A stretch of DNA of 63,785 nt, counting the filler, from Craspedostauros australis (lineage: Eukaryota): assembly GCA_030167865.1 (NCBI GenBank). It is 16 parts of 16 records of this genome, joined end to end, with 100 filler letters (N's around TTAATTAATTAA, not from the genome) between each part and the next. Parts side by side here need not be neighbours in the genome. Positions count along the whole stretch, not along the records: positions 48,108 to 58,657 come from JALAGF010001559.1; positions 58,758 to 60,112 come from JALAGF010001560.1; positions 60,213 to 63,785 come from JALAGF010001563.1; 13 more parts are not named here. One strand, given 5' to 3'. Both the position numbers and the translations under genes were made by a program. Below are positions 48,008 to 60,779 of this stretch, piece by piece. The stretch's first letter is position 1. Each line of letters starts with the position of its first letter. The notes beneath the pieces were generated by a model, which worked only from the letters and a program-made list of their open reading frames with translations, made no database searches and was not told the origin of the DNA.

Positions 48008-49898
48008 NNNNNNNNNNNNNNNNNNNNNNNNNNNNNNNNNNNNNNNNNNNNTTAATTAATTAANNNNNNNNNNNNNNNNNNNNNNNNNNNNNNNNNNNNN
48101 NNNNNNNGCTGGGCATCAAGATCTGGATTACCCACCAACCCACAACTCTGGATTGCGATGCCTGATCGGCAGCCCAGACGAAGCATCGGCCGCAGCAAGC
48201 CTGCCGCCACTGCGCAATCCTCATCATTTCTTCGCACCCAACCGTCTCACCCGTGCGAAATGCGAGAGCGCCGATGATGGACACGACTGGACAGCGAGCC
48301 GAAGCACGACTGGCGATTCCGAACCCTANGTGCCTCTCAACGTCCGCATGCTCAACGTTTCTAGTCGTAGACTAATGCGAAAAATATAAACTTTTTAACT
48401 ATAAGGCCCAGGATCTTGTAACTTCACTCATATACTCTATGCAACATAATAGGATGATCTAAGTGCTTATCTTAAAAATCCGCAAAAACGTACGTTTCTA
48501 TCCTGAATGGGGTCATAGGTAGAGAATTCTGGGATGGTCCGTCACCACTCTTTTGGTGCTCTTCGGCGCGCGGAACTTCGTGCAGCTGTCAGAACATTCG
48601 GAGGCGTTCGCGAAGTTGACACATGCGACATACCTGTGCGTCATCCGATGTCGGCTTCTTCGCAACAACGTTCCACGTGGAAGTAGCTTCATCCAAGAGA
48701 ATCGAATCGGAATCCTTTCTTCCGATGATTGGGCACGAGAAAAGTCGCAAGTGCGTCAAATGTCGACCATGTTCGGCTGATTGTGTTCTGTGGCGCTCGC
48801 GGCGAAGTAATTCCAATCCATCGATTTGAACCCACACGTATGACGTCCTCTTGAAGACAATTCGTGCGTTGGCATCGAACAATTTTCACTCAACCAGAAC
48901 GCTCAGATCGGTTGACGTCGTATGGTGTCATCGGCACGATCAATAATTAGCCTGTTCCACAGTTACAGTATTATTGCGAAGCGAAGCCAATGTGGCTAGA
49001 ATGGACTTATAGGGTTCTCTTGGAACGGAAGCTGATTGGCTGGATACACTGAACACGCGTTGTGACGCACCAAGAACAGTGTAGATACGCTGTGTTGCGT
49101 TATTTGGGCCTTTTCCGGATCCGTGTACGTTTTCTCGTTTTGACACCCGAATTGACACTTCGGCTGGAGACATCGCTTGACGACATCACGCAAAAAGGCT
49201 GTGGACATCGACAGAAGCGAGCTCCGCAGCGTATTTTTCTGTTTTGGTTTCGGTTCCTGTTTGGCGTGCACTGTGCCAACTCTGTGTGAAGCGAGTGGTT
49301 TCGTTGTGTGGTTGCGGTCTGGTACGCCGTTGTTCGTACTTGCGTCGTCGCGCGCTTGTTCGTGCCCGTTGTGTGACAAGGAGACGCACAGACCCAATCA
49401 CCGCCGTGATTTATCACGACGGCGGTTTTCGTCCCGGTGGACTGGGAGTCATGCTTGTGTGCGGTTGATGGCGCTCGGAAAGGATTCCGAGAGCGACCTG
49501 AAATTCGGTGGCCTCCCTCTCTCTGTCTCACTCTCCTTCGCGCGCGGCACATCGCAAGCATCGCGCACATCATCCACCTCTCTGGCAGCAGCATAAAAAT
49601 TTGCAAGGACGAAACCGCAGCCCCATCATCAATCCATCAAGCCATCAATCCATCAATCCATCAATCCATCAACCCATCAACATCAGCCGACAACACCCAA
49701 CATCAATCAACACGCACAAACAAATACTAACACTAACACTACCACTACCACTACCACTGATAACATCAACAACAGTGACAGCAGTGACAGCAGTGACAGC
49801 ATTAACAGACGGCAGAAAGCAATCGCCAACTCCTCAGCGACAAACACATCCCCCTCCTCCTCCTTCCCAAAAAACAGAAGCAATAAAAAACATCAACC

Positions 49899-51406
49899 AT
49901 GGCTCGCTCTGCAACGGCAACCGCAACCAGCACCACCTTTCCCACCATCACGTACCCACGCACGGGAAAGAGAGGTGTCCCTCAGCAATTCCCTCGTCGT
50001 CTGTACGAGATGCTCGAGAAGGAGGCCGATCAGCATCACGTGGGCGGAGATCATGCAGGTGAGCCGCTGGCCATCGTGTGGTCCCAAACGGGAAGGGCAT
50101 TCCGCATCACCGATGTCCAGACCTTCTCCGACAAGGTCCTCCCCAAGTACTTTCGAACGAGCAAATTCAGTTCGTTCCAAAGAAATCTGAATTTGGTAAG
50201 TGCGCAGTTCATCCTTGTCATTATACTTTTGAGCAATGTGTTGGCACGCTAACTCGTGTGCCATGTTGCGCTTGTGGTGAATGTATAGGAGTGGAAGTGA
50301 GAGTGAGAGTTGGAGTTGGAGGTAGGAACAGAGAGACAGAAAACAGCACAGGTGGCGCGCGATCTTTTTGTGTTCTTTTGGGTCATCCAAACACAAACAG
50401 AACGGACATCCGTTTTGTGATGTATTCTATCCATCTGATTCGTTTGGTTGTGCATCTTATCCAAAAGAACATATTATATCTCCATGTCTCCATGAGAGTC
50501 CACGCATCCCCACCCACTCACAATCTCCCTTTCTCTTCAATCATAATCTCATCTTCGTCAACTGTTCTGATGTGTGGCATCACTCATTCATTCCGCCCCC
50601 TCGCGCAATCTCATTGTCTGTCACGTCGCATGAAAATCAATCGACATGTGCCCATCGCCGATTTGGAACGCAATCCCATTTCTTCCGACACTTGTGCTCT
50701 ACTGCTCGACTGTACCATCACCGATTCATGATCATCGGCATAATACCAATACCAACACACCCCACTGGTACCGCCATGCACTCTATTGCATTATACAATG
50801 CCATAATACGATGGAATACAATGCGACGCTCCGGATCCAACACTGTCACAGTACGGATTCACAAAGATCCGCCGCGGTCCAGAAACCGACATGTACACCC
50901 ACCCGGCCTTCATCAGAGGACAGCCTGAGACCCTCTCGCAGCTGCGCAAGACCTCATCGTCACGCCGCCGCTCCTCCAAGACGACGGCCTCCGATGACAA
51001 CGATTCCACCGGAACCAAAGGAGAGTCCCCGTTGTTCCGCCCAGTCTCCCCTTCGCCAACACGAGAGGTCAATTCCACAAACTTCTTCCACCCTCTCGTG
51101 CAGCACAGAGTTCATATAGCGGCATGCCCAACCCCGTCTCAACTATTGAGTCAGGCCTGGATCACCTTCAACAATCATCAGCAGGTCTTCTCGAACCAAA
51201 AGGTCGCCGTGCCCAAAGTCGCGGCAGCTGCCGCACAGGTCGTCGCGAACGCGAAAGCCAATGTCTCGGCTCCGAATGCCATGGCAACTGGAGGGGCACC
51301 ACCATCATCTGCCTCCATGATCAAATCGCCTGCCGCAGGCCATGGCACCGGCAGATTGGACCTCCTCGCTCTTGCTCTCGAGCGCGAGGGTTGCTTCGCC
51401 AAGTAG
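49899..51406 (+). CDS. HSF: Heat shock factor-type transcription factor, 2 exons, 283 aa
   Basis: Exons 49899-50195 and 50852-51406. FPRRLYEML, IVWSQTGRAF, LPKYFRTSKFSSFQRNLNL|YGFTK with the intron at the typical position; HPAFIRG. Confidence 0.95.
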
Positions 51407-52971
51407 CTGCCTCTTCCTTTGCTCTCAATTGCGGATCCTTACGCTGCTTGGCCGATGCTCCTCACAGGATCGGCAGGCGGACGGGAATTTGCAAGCCAAG
51501 ACATTCACGAAACCAAGGGCGCAGACAAATCAAATCAGAGCAACGCACCCAATCATCTATCCATGAGCGTGCGCCCGTGACAATACCACGCCATGGAGCC
51601 CCCTCCTTTTTCATTCAATACACACATACGTACATACATACAGACACGCTACATATAACCAAGCAAACACACAAGACCCCGTTTGCTTGCATCCATACGA
51701 TGCTGTGCGCGGGGGCGCTCATGAGCGTCCGGGGCACTACCCACAGATGGCCAACAAAGGCCATTCATGGTGTCTCCACAAGCACAACCACAACCACATC
51801 CACTTCGACAATCACAATGACGCCCACTCTACCACCATGCTCGGACCGCAGGACTAACTATTGGACACACCCCCGGCGATGCACATGTCGTCTCCGAATT
51901 ATCATCCGACGGGTCATCTTGCCATCATCATCATCATCATCACCGATGGCACCGGCGATGACGCCTGCGTGCACATCAGCTTGCACCAAGGAAACCTGCT
52001 GCTGGCGGAACTCTTTCCCCCACGCTGCACCATTCTCACCAAGGCAAGCTCGATCCTACGAGTGGCTCGTACACCACCAGTGCCACATTTTCAAAGGCTG
52101 CAGGTCGTCCTCCTTGCACACCGATAGCGATACATCCTCTGTTGAGCAACATCTTTCTCAACAGCATTGCACGTCCCTCACAATCCCAGCACTCAAGCCC
52201 AATTTTGAAGTGGACGCTAGCAGCACAGCCACACAGAAGCACCAGCGCCTGAATCGACCTGACTTCCTGCTCACCAAGCCGGTCGCGTGGGATTCGCTGG
52301 TACAATCGCCTACATCTACTCTACATTCATTCATCATACATCATCCCATATCAAGGTGCGCGTCCGCATGCATCATCCAATCCATCAATCTCAAGAAAAG
52401 ACGACGACGAGTGAACACCTGTTGTCGTCATTGTCAGCCATCAAATACAAACACTCACGTTAGCGCTCGCACTCACGAGCGAACTCATTCCGCAATCTCA
52501 GGGAATCTATCCCCATCGTGCGAACATGCGCCTTCGCGCTGAGCTTCATGCTCGTGCCCACACACGAACAACACCTAGCCGAGCCGAAACACCCTGCTGA
52601 TCGGGGAACTCCACATATTCATCAGATACTAAAGCAGTAGCAGCCGCAGCAGAAGAAGCAGTTGCGCACTAATAGAATCTGAAAACAAAAACCGACGGCT
52701 CACGATCGAGCCAGAACCCAACTAGCTGCGCCGCTCAAAGCAGTAAAGCAGGGCCTCATCCCATTGCCGACATTCCTCCTCCCTAATCCAGTAGAAGGAG
52801 CGAAGCACAGCCAACTCGTTGCGTCTTCAATCTTCGTCGTTGTTGCTTGATTCGTCGTCAGAAAAACTCGATTTTGATGGACGTGCGCTTGTACTAGTCG
52901 GCATGGCCCTTGTCTACTCGAAGCAATTGCTCTTCTATTGTTGTCTTCTATTTATGATACGAGCATGGTAC

Positions 52972-55900
52972 TTATGTGGGGCGCTGAAAAACGGCTTTGG
53001 CGAGTGCCTCTTCGGTCGTCTTGACTCGGCAAACGGGGCACGTCTTCGATCTGGCGAGCCAACGGGTCCAGCACGCACGACACGCCAAGTGTCCGCACGG
53101 AGACAGGTATGGCTGCTCCACCAACAGATTGCGAGCATGAGGAAAGAGTCGGCATTATCGGGGTGCGGTACGATGCGTAAGAATGCAGTCGAGTTCATGG
53201 CATCTGCATACTCGTACAAATACATTCAGCTTCTGCTTCCTGAATCCCATGGTGGGACCTTTGAACGGAATCCACACAACATCCATGCGACATCCACGCA
53301 ACATTTACACAACCAAATTGGGCTTACCTGTTCAGAGCGCTTTTCACAGATGAGGCAGATCAAATTTTCCGGTGCATTGGATGGCAATGCACGGAGCTTC
53401 GAAATCGGCGTGGCTTGTGCCGTTTTGCCGACGTATGTTTCGGCACCTGACCTGTTGATCAAAGCGTGCAACGTTCCCATACCCTTCGATGACTTGGATT
53501 TGAGAGCAACTGGAGCGTCTTTGCCTTGTGCAGCTGGACGATTCCTCCCATGAGACGACGCCGTGCCATCTGCACTTATGTTGCCTCCTGAAGCTGGAGG
53601 GGTGCCACGTCGAGCCTGCTTGGATGGTGTGCGAGCATGATCTTCATTGCAAGTGCGAGGACTCTTTGCATACGGATTTGGCCGCTTCTTCACGACTGTT
53701 CCCGACACCGAGCCTGCTGAACACCTTGATGCTGGTGCAACTTTCGTTGCCGAGACCGCCACACTGCCTGGATCCAGCTTTGCGTCCGTCTCGGTCTCGG
53801 TGTTCATGCCCGCACCCGGTTTGGCTTTGGAACGGTCACTCATCTTGACACGATCCGCCGTGGCAATATCCCGAGCCTTCTCGCTCTTTTTTATCTCCTC
53901 GATGTTGCGAGCTGCCTTCAGTTCCTGGACGAGGGCATGGACCGATCGATGATACCGGGATGGCGCAAGTTGCCCAAACTGTATCAGCGTTTCAATTTGG
54001 CCATCCATGCTGGGCACCTTGGCGAGGATTGTCTTCGTCTTTGTCAACAAGTCAGGGATCGCGATCGGCTTGTCCTCGTACCACATCTCGAACAGCAACG
54101 AGGCTATGACGGAACGCATGCCCTTCACCACTTCCGTCGACATACCGGGGTCGGATTTGCACCGCGCGGCAACGGCGGATCGATCGTAAACCTCGATCAT
54201 GGTCGCTCTCTTGACGTCACGCCGCATGGCTTTTGGCAGCAACTCGAACAGCAAATCGAGCAACCTCTCGTTCGCACTTGCAGGAGATGAATGGTTCGTT
54301 GAAATGCGTGACATGGGGAAGCCATCGTGAGGCAGCAAGATCCGAATCAATTCCCTGGCCGCGCGGACGTATGATTTTCGGTCGTTCTTATCTCCCGACT
54401 TCTTCATCGCAACCAGAAGCTTCTTCACAGTCGCAAAGTCAGATTTCTCCAGCTTAGCCTGCGTCTTCGTGAAGAACTGCAGCGCTACGGATGAAGCTGT
54501 TGGCGAAGATGATGATGGCTTGGCGGCTGTGCTTCCATTCTGCCGCAGTTGGTGCTGGTGCTGGTGCTGGTGCTGGCGCTGCCGCTCTTTCGAGTTGTAC
54601 AGATCTTGAAGGTGTGCAGATTGCGAGCTGCCATTGGCCGCCGTGGATGCGCCCTTTCGTCCGCTTGTGCTTGCACTTGATGCTGAGCCTTGCACATTTG
54701 CATTTGCACTCGCATTCACAGCACCGTCAACATCAGTCACATCTACGCGACTTTCAACGTCATTGGGTGGAATATAGCTGTTCCGCAACATACCATCGCT
54801 GGAAATGGCACTGGTGACGATGGAGCTGCTGCTCTTGATGATTGCCACCTTGGTCGTCTTGCGATCCAAGACATCGCCATCATTTTCCGCATCTAAGCCA
54901 ATGTTTCCAGTCGTTCCGTCTTGACCGTCCTCGTCTTCGTACCGAAGAATGATCGGAATGGGATTTGGTTTCGGTGGCGGTGCAACAGGTGCATGTTTTT
55001 CTCTATCCTTGGACTTTCGTTCTGAGAATCGGTAGAACTTCACCAACGATCCGATGCACTTGCCCATGCCTTCATCGTGGAGGATGTGAGGCCTCACCCA
55101 TTTTGACAGCCCATCCTGGTTGCGTTCCTGTCCAAACCGCGAATCCAACAGCAGGACGGCGCCGTAGTCGTTCTTGTTACGAATGACACGTCCAATCGCC
55201 TGATTGACAGCGCGGTGGGCCTGCTGCGTGTACCAATCGTTGCCCGAGAGCGCCATGTTTCCTGCGTTGATATCAGCAGCATCGCCGCCAAACCCACCCT
55301 CTCCTGTTGGTCGGATGCTCTTTGCGGCACGGTTGCCGTCCAGAAATTCGCGTTTCATCTTGACCTTCGGATCGAAGGCTGGTGCGAACGGCAGTCCGGT
55401 GACGACTACAGCACGGCACATGTCATGGGCGAAGTCGATCCCCTCGCTGATCTTTCCACGGCAGACACCAAACAGTAGGCATCCCTTGCTCTTCGGCAGA
55501 CCGAGGTGCTTGTGGAACTCGGCGATGGCGTCCGGCAGGTCTCCGGTGGATCTGGGTTCCACGACGGCCGCCTTGGTCGCGAGCAGCCGTCTCCATGGCG
55601 TTCTGACTTCCGCTCCGGATGCACCGTAGAGATTGGGAGCCGAGTGAGGGAAGGAGTAGCGGCTGGAATCTCTCCCACCGCTATTCTTCGATTTACGCGG
55701 CGTGAAGAAGCTGTTTCTGTTGCCCTTTTGGAAGAAGCTCTTCGACGATGCCGGGCCGCCCCATTTCTCCAAGCAGGCTTCCATCACGCTGTACGATGGA
55801 AAGAACACCAGCATGCCTCCTGGCACGATCCTCGCCAGGCTCACCAACGTGTTACCGAGTTCTATGTAGTATTCGGCATCCTGCCGGCGCTCGTACGAGC

Positions 55901-57935
55901 TGCTCAGATGCTTGCCGGACACGCCCTGCCCCAGGACGCGGACGTGGATCTGGTCGCTGGGAATGATGTGCGGGTTTTCCAGACGGTGGGGGAAGGGGAT
56001 GCCGAGCTCCAAGGCGTAGCTCTCCATCGGACTGAGCGTACCAGAGGTGACCAAGATGGAACGCACATTGAGGCTCGCCAACTCGCCCATGGCCTCGGCA
56101 GGTGCGAAGCACCAGTATGACACTGTGCGACCTTGATTCGACGCATTCGAATGCCCTCCGCCACCACTCATGCTGTTGCTGCCGTTGTTGCCTGGCCGGT
56201 TGTTGGGTGACGTGCTGCGCTTCCCATCCTTCGGAGTGACGTAGACTCTGTAGGAGTTGGACTTGGCCATGCACCTGGCCTCGCTGGTCGTGCTGAAGAC
56301 GCGCTTCATGCACTGACAGAAGTGCTCCAACCGCGGCGAGCCTTTGCTGTTCGCTCCGCCCTGCACCTCCATGAAGATGTCCATGACCTTCTTGATTTCC
56401 TGCAGGACCAGGTGGTGGTTGCTGTACGTGACGAACATGCCCTGCTTGAAAATCTCCATCATGAACTCGCCTTTGTAGGCGCACGGGTGATTGGGGAGAT
56501 TCATGATGTGCTCCTCAAGCTTGAGGAACATGGCCTTCAATCGAAGTATGTTCTCCTGCTTGATCTTGCCTCGCAGTGCCTCGTCGTGCTCCATGTACAT
56601 GATGCCGCGGTTGACGTCGGCAACGCAACCGGCGATGTCCGTCGATGTGAGATCGAAGGATGCCGAGTCGCTGGCGAAGGATTCCAAGTTATGCGCCTCG
56701 TCGAAGATGATAACGGAATTCTCCCACGGGATGTCGCTGAGCGTGGAGGTGCGCGCGTCCTTCTCGAAGAGGTAGTTGTAGGGCACCAGCACCAGCTCCG
56801 CATCCTCCACCAGCGACCTCGTGTAGTAGAATGGGCAAACCTTGTGATTCTTCCCCATGAGCACCAGGTCCTCCATGTCCAGAACCGGCTGTGTGTTGGG
56901 CGATATCGCCACGCCCGCCTCCACGTTGGGCGCTGAGAATCCATCCAGCCGGTTTCGGAACTGGCACTTGCGATCCTTCGCGAGCTTGTTGCATCCGTTG
57001 TTGATCTCTGACGAGACGGAGGTCTTCTTCTTGACCTTGGGATTGACGCACATCTGCTCCCGACTTCCCAGCACGGCGTGCTTGGGACGGTATCTCGTAT
57101 TGCGCAGCTCCCTTACCACCTGCGTGAGCTGAGAGTGCGTGCGGGAGGCGTAGATGATGGTCGGCACGCGGCCACGCCCTTGCTGCATCTGCTGCATCTT
57201 CTGTTGCTGCAGCTGTTGCTGAAGCTGCTGCGAATGAGGCTGCGAATGAGGCTGTTGTGGCTGATCCTGGTTCTGCCGATGCGGAAGTATCAGCTGTGAG
57301 GGTTTGGATTGATCGGACATGCCTGCTCGTGCATCTGCCGGTGGTGGCTTGACGCCCTCTTCGATGGAGAGCGACGCAGGGAAGTCTGCCGCACCAGCCT
57401 GCGAGTTGCGCAAGTGCAAGGCCTGCTCCCGCTGCCAAGCCAGCGTCGCGCAGAGGAGGCACAGAGTCTTTCCCGTACCCGTTGGAGACTCCAGCAAGGC
57501 ATTCTCCGATCGTATCAGCGCATCCAGCACCGTTGACATGTACTCCTCCTGGCATTTGTACGGTTGGAAGGGAAAGTGGATGGGCACGCCCCGCAATTCG
57601 ATAGAAGTTGGTGGTGACACAGGCGGGACGTGGTTCTTTCCTGATGATGCCGATGCAAATGCTGATGCCGCTGAGTTCCTTTGATGTGACGCAGGCACTG
57701 ACAACCTCCGCGAACCAGCCGATGATGAACCGTGCGGTTGATGGCCTGGTCTTTGGCGCTTGTTATTGGAACCTGGCGTGATGGCCCTCATTTCTTCTCT
57801 GGGGATGCAGAGCGTGGAGGATGGAACGGAGTATGGCAGTACTGTCTGCGTCCTACGACGATTGCAGAGTTCTCTGTGAGACTCTGTCACGTCATAATAA
57901 ATGTATTCCTCTGGTGTAAAATGATTTCCACGCAT
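52972..57935 (-). CDS. RTEL1: Regulator of telomere elongation helicase 1 (XPD-family Fe-S helicase) with C-terminal RING, 2 exons
   Basis: Exons 57935-53328 and 53112-52972. FPFQPY..Q, LESPTGTGKT, YASRTHSQL, Fe-S Cys (MCVN, CNKL, CQF, CPFY), DEAH, TSGTLSP, RGKISEGIDF, AVNQAIGRVIR; start could instead be 57791. Confidence 0.9.
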
Positions 57936-59290
57936 CTTTTTTGCGACCTGTGGTGAGACAGCAAAAACATCATCAAAAGTGGGGGCAGCGGTAAACAAAT
58001 TGCTTGGTTTTAGTGACACTTCCTTCCTTCGAAACTCGTGTGCTCGTCTCTGGCCCCAACAGCGCCAACTACCACAGTAACAGACCTTGACACCATCCTG
58101 TGCGTCACTCCAACAGGGCTAATTCATAGTAGTAGTCACATACTACTAGCTTGTCTGCGTTGGGTGGTACGACTGCGACTACTACTACAGGAAGGCCCAT
58201 ACAAGCTAAGTATGGAGAGTTTGGCTATGGTGGATGCTGTTTTGGCCTGTTTTTGTTTGGGACCCACGCAGAAAGCGTACCACGATCTACACAACAGTTT
58301 TTGCGATCCAAGCATTTCCAAAAATCGCCAAATTGTTTGGCTACAGCTGGCTCTTCAAGGCACTAGAGTATAATACTATTCTGCGACTCCAGTAGTTCCT
58401 AAACTTCTCTCTGCCTCCATCTGAGGCATCTACTCAACAAGACTCCTCATCACACCGACCCATCGCTCAGGACGGAGATATCATCATCATCGTCCGTGCA
58501 CGCGTACGTATCTTGCTTCGATGAGACGTCGCCAACTTGCCCTTTTCTGGCGGAACCAGGCATGAGGGGTGTCATCGAAGTGACGATCCCAGTCTCTGCT
58601 CCAATGGTATCATCCGATGCTTGCTTCCTGCCGTTGAAGCCGATGGTTGGGATGTGCNNNNNNNNNNNNNNNNNNNNNNNNNNNNNNNNNNNNNNNNNNN
58701 NTTAATTAATTAANNNNNNNNNNNNNNNNNNNNNNNNNNNNNNNNNNNNNNNNNNNNGGAATCATGCGCCACATGCTAACGTGTAATTAACGCGTACCAA
58801 ACGACTGACACCTTCGGAGTCTAGTCCGTGACTGACCACCTTACGATAAATACCTGAGAACATCATAGAACCTTCTGCCAACAACAACGGGTTTTGTGCT
58901 GTTGGACCCACGTGACTGCTATGCACTCATAGATCACTCCATAAAACTTAAAATAAAGATCTAACAAANAATGTAACGGTTAATTATGTATAATGAGATT
59001 ATAAGGATTACGAATATGTGCTTGGTTTGGATATCGCAGATGAAAAGTTAGAATGTCCATTTCAAAGTGCAGGTCGACTCGCTATCCGGGCTCATATTCA
59101 TCACACAGCGTATGGTACTCATACTCATACTAATACTAATACTAATACAAGCTGTTGCATACACCACCATCGATATCTCTTCCATAGGCAGCTCCGACCA
59201 CAGACATCCTCGACAGCCAATCCAACGTAAATCGTCCAACGTCCAACGTCCAACGTCTATCGTCCAGCGACCATCCACCACACTCTCAAA

Positions 59291-60112
59291 ATGCCGAATG
59301 TTACGAACGAACAACTCATTGATGCTGCAGGGGAAGGTGACTTGTCAGTGTTGAAGGCATGGAAGAAGCAGAAGAAGACGCAGAATGAAGGAGTTGATGT
59401 CGACAAGGTCACAGACTGGTATGGTTGGACTCCCCTTCATCGGGCATGCTACAACGGCCACCTGGAGTGTGTGAAGTACCTCATCGAATCATGTGAGGCG
59501 GACATCAACTGCAAAAACAACGATGGTGACACTCCCCTTCATCGGGCATGCTACCACAGCCACCTGGAGTGTGTCAAGTACCTCATCGAATCATGTGAGG
59601 CGAACATCAACTGCAAAAACAACGATGGTGACACTCCCCTTCATCGGGCATGCTGGAACGGCCACCTGGAGTGTGTCAAGTGCCTCATCGAATCATGTGA
59701 GGCGAACATCAACTGCAAAGACAACAATGGTTCCACTCCCCTTCATGAGGCATGCCGCAACGGCCACCTGGAGTGTGTCAAGTACCTCATCGAATCATGT
59801 GGGGCGGACATCAACTGCAAAACCAACAATGGTTCCACTCCCCTTCATCGGGCATGCTACAACCGCCTCCTGGAGTGTGTCAAGTACCTCATCGAATCAG
59901 GTAGGGCTAACATCAACTGTCAAAACAACAAAGGTGAAACTCCCCTTCATTGGGCATGCACGCGTGGCCACCTGGAGTGTATGGAGTCCCTCATCAGAGG
60001 ACTTTCACCTTCAGCTCACCCACAACTACAACAACTGCAGCAACACTTACAACAAAACGAACAAGCAAATGAACAACCACAAGAACAGTTGAGACAGCAG
60101 TTGAAGCGAAAG
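59291..60112 (+). CDS. Ankyrin repeat protein, 3' truncated
   Basis: Six near-identical 34-aa (102-bp) repeats TPLHRACxNGHLECVKYLIESCEANINCKxNxG, then a Gln-rich coil. Confidence 0.95.
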
Positions 60113-60212
60113 NNNNNNNNNNNNNNNNNNNNNNNNNNNNNNNNNNNNNNNNNNNNTTAATTAATTAANNNNNNNNNNNNNNNNNNNNNNNNNNNNNNNN
60201 NNNNNNNNNNNN

Positions 60213-60779
60213 CTCTACTTCAAGGATGAGTTCGACCAGTCCACCGAATCTGCCGCCGCCATCGCCTCCATCTTCGGGTGGATGAACCTGTTCGCTCGCG
60301 GAGTCGGAGGCTTCCTCAGTGACAAGGCCAACGCCAGCATCGGAATGCGCGGACGCATCTGGGTCCAGACCATCCTCCTGTTCTGCGAGGGAGCTCTTGT
60401 GCTGGTCTTCGCCAACACTGGAACTCTCGGAGGTGCCATCGCCGTCATGGTCTTCTTCTCTCTGTTCGTCCAGGCCGCCGAGGGATCCACATACGGTATC
60501 GTCCCATACGTCGACCCACCGGCCACAGGATCCATCTCTGGAATCGTCGGAGCCGGAGGCAACTCTGGAGCTGTCGGGTTCGGACTCGGATTCCGTCAGC
60601 TGGGATACAAGAGCGCCTTCGTCATCATGGGCTGCACCATTCTGGGATCCGCCTTCTTCTCCGTCCTCATCAACATCAAGGGCCACGCCGGTCTTTTGTG
60701 TGGAGAGGATGCTCCAGTTCAGACCAAGAGCACCTTGGCCGTCCCAGAGCCAAAGGACGACAAGGATGATGAGGCCTAA
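60213..60779 (+). CDS. NRT2: High-affinity nitrate transporter NRT2 (MFS), 3' part
   Basis: LYFKDEF..AAAIASIFGWMNLFARGVGGFLSD, EGSTYGIVPYV, GSISGIVGAGGNSG nitrate signature. Confidence 0.95.
   Translation, partial: LYFKDEFDQSTESAAAIASIFGWMNLFARGVGGFLSDKANASIGMRGRIWVQTILLFCEGALVLVFANTGTLGGAIAVMVFFSLFVQAAEGSTYGIVPYVDPPATGSISGIVGAGGNSGAVGFGLGFRQLGYKSAFVIMGCTILGSAFFSVLINIKGHAGLLCGEDAPVQTKSTLAVPEPKDDKDDEA

Noticed and set aside
51124..52542. 472-aa ORF overlapping the HSF 3' end
   Set aside because: Shadow frame running through 3' UTR-like simple repeats; no domain or coding-like composition
53226..53327. ORF-track C-terminus of RTEL1 (VSPIWLCKCC...)
   Set aside because: It is intron read-through; the GTAAGC donor at 53327 splices to the RING exon
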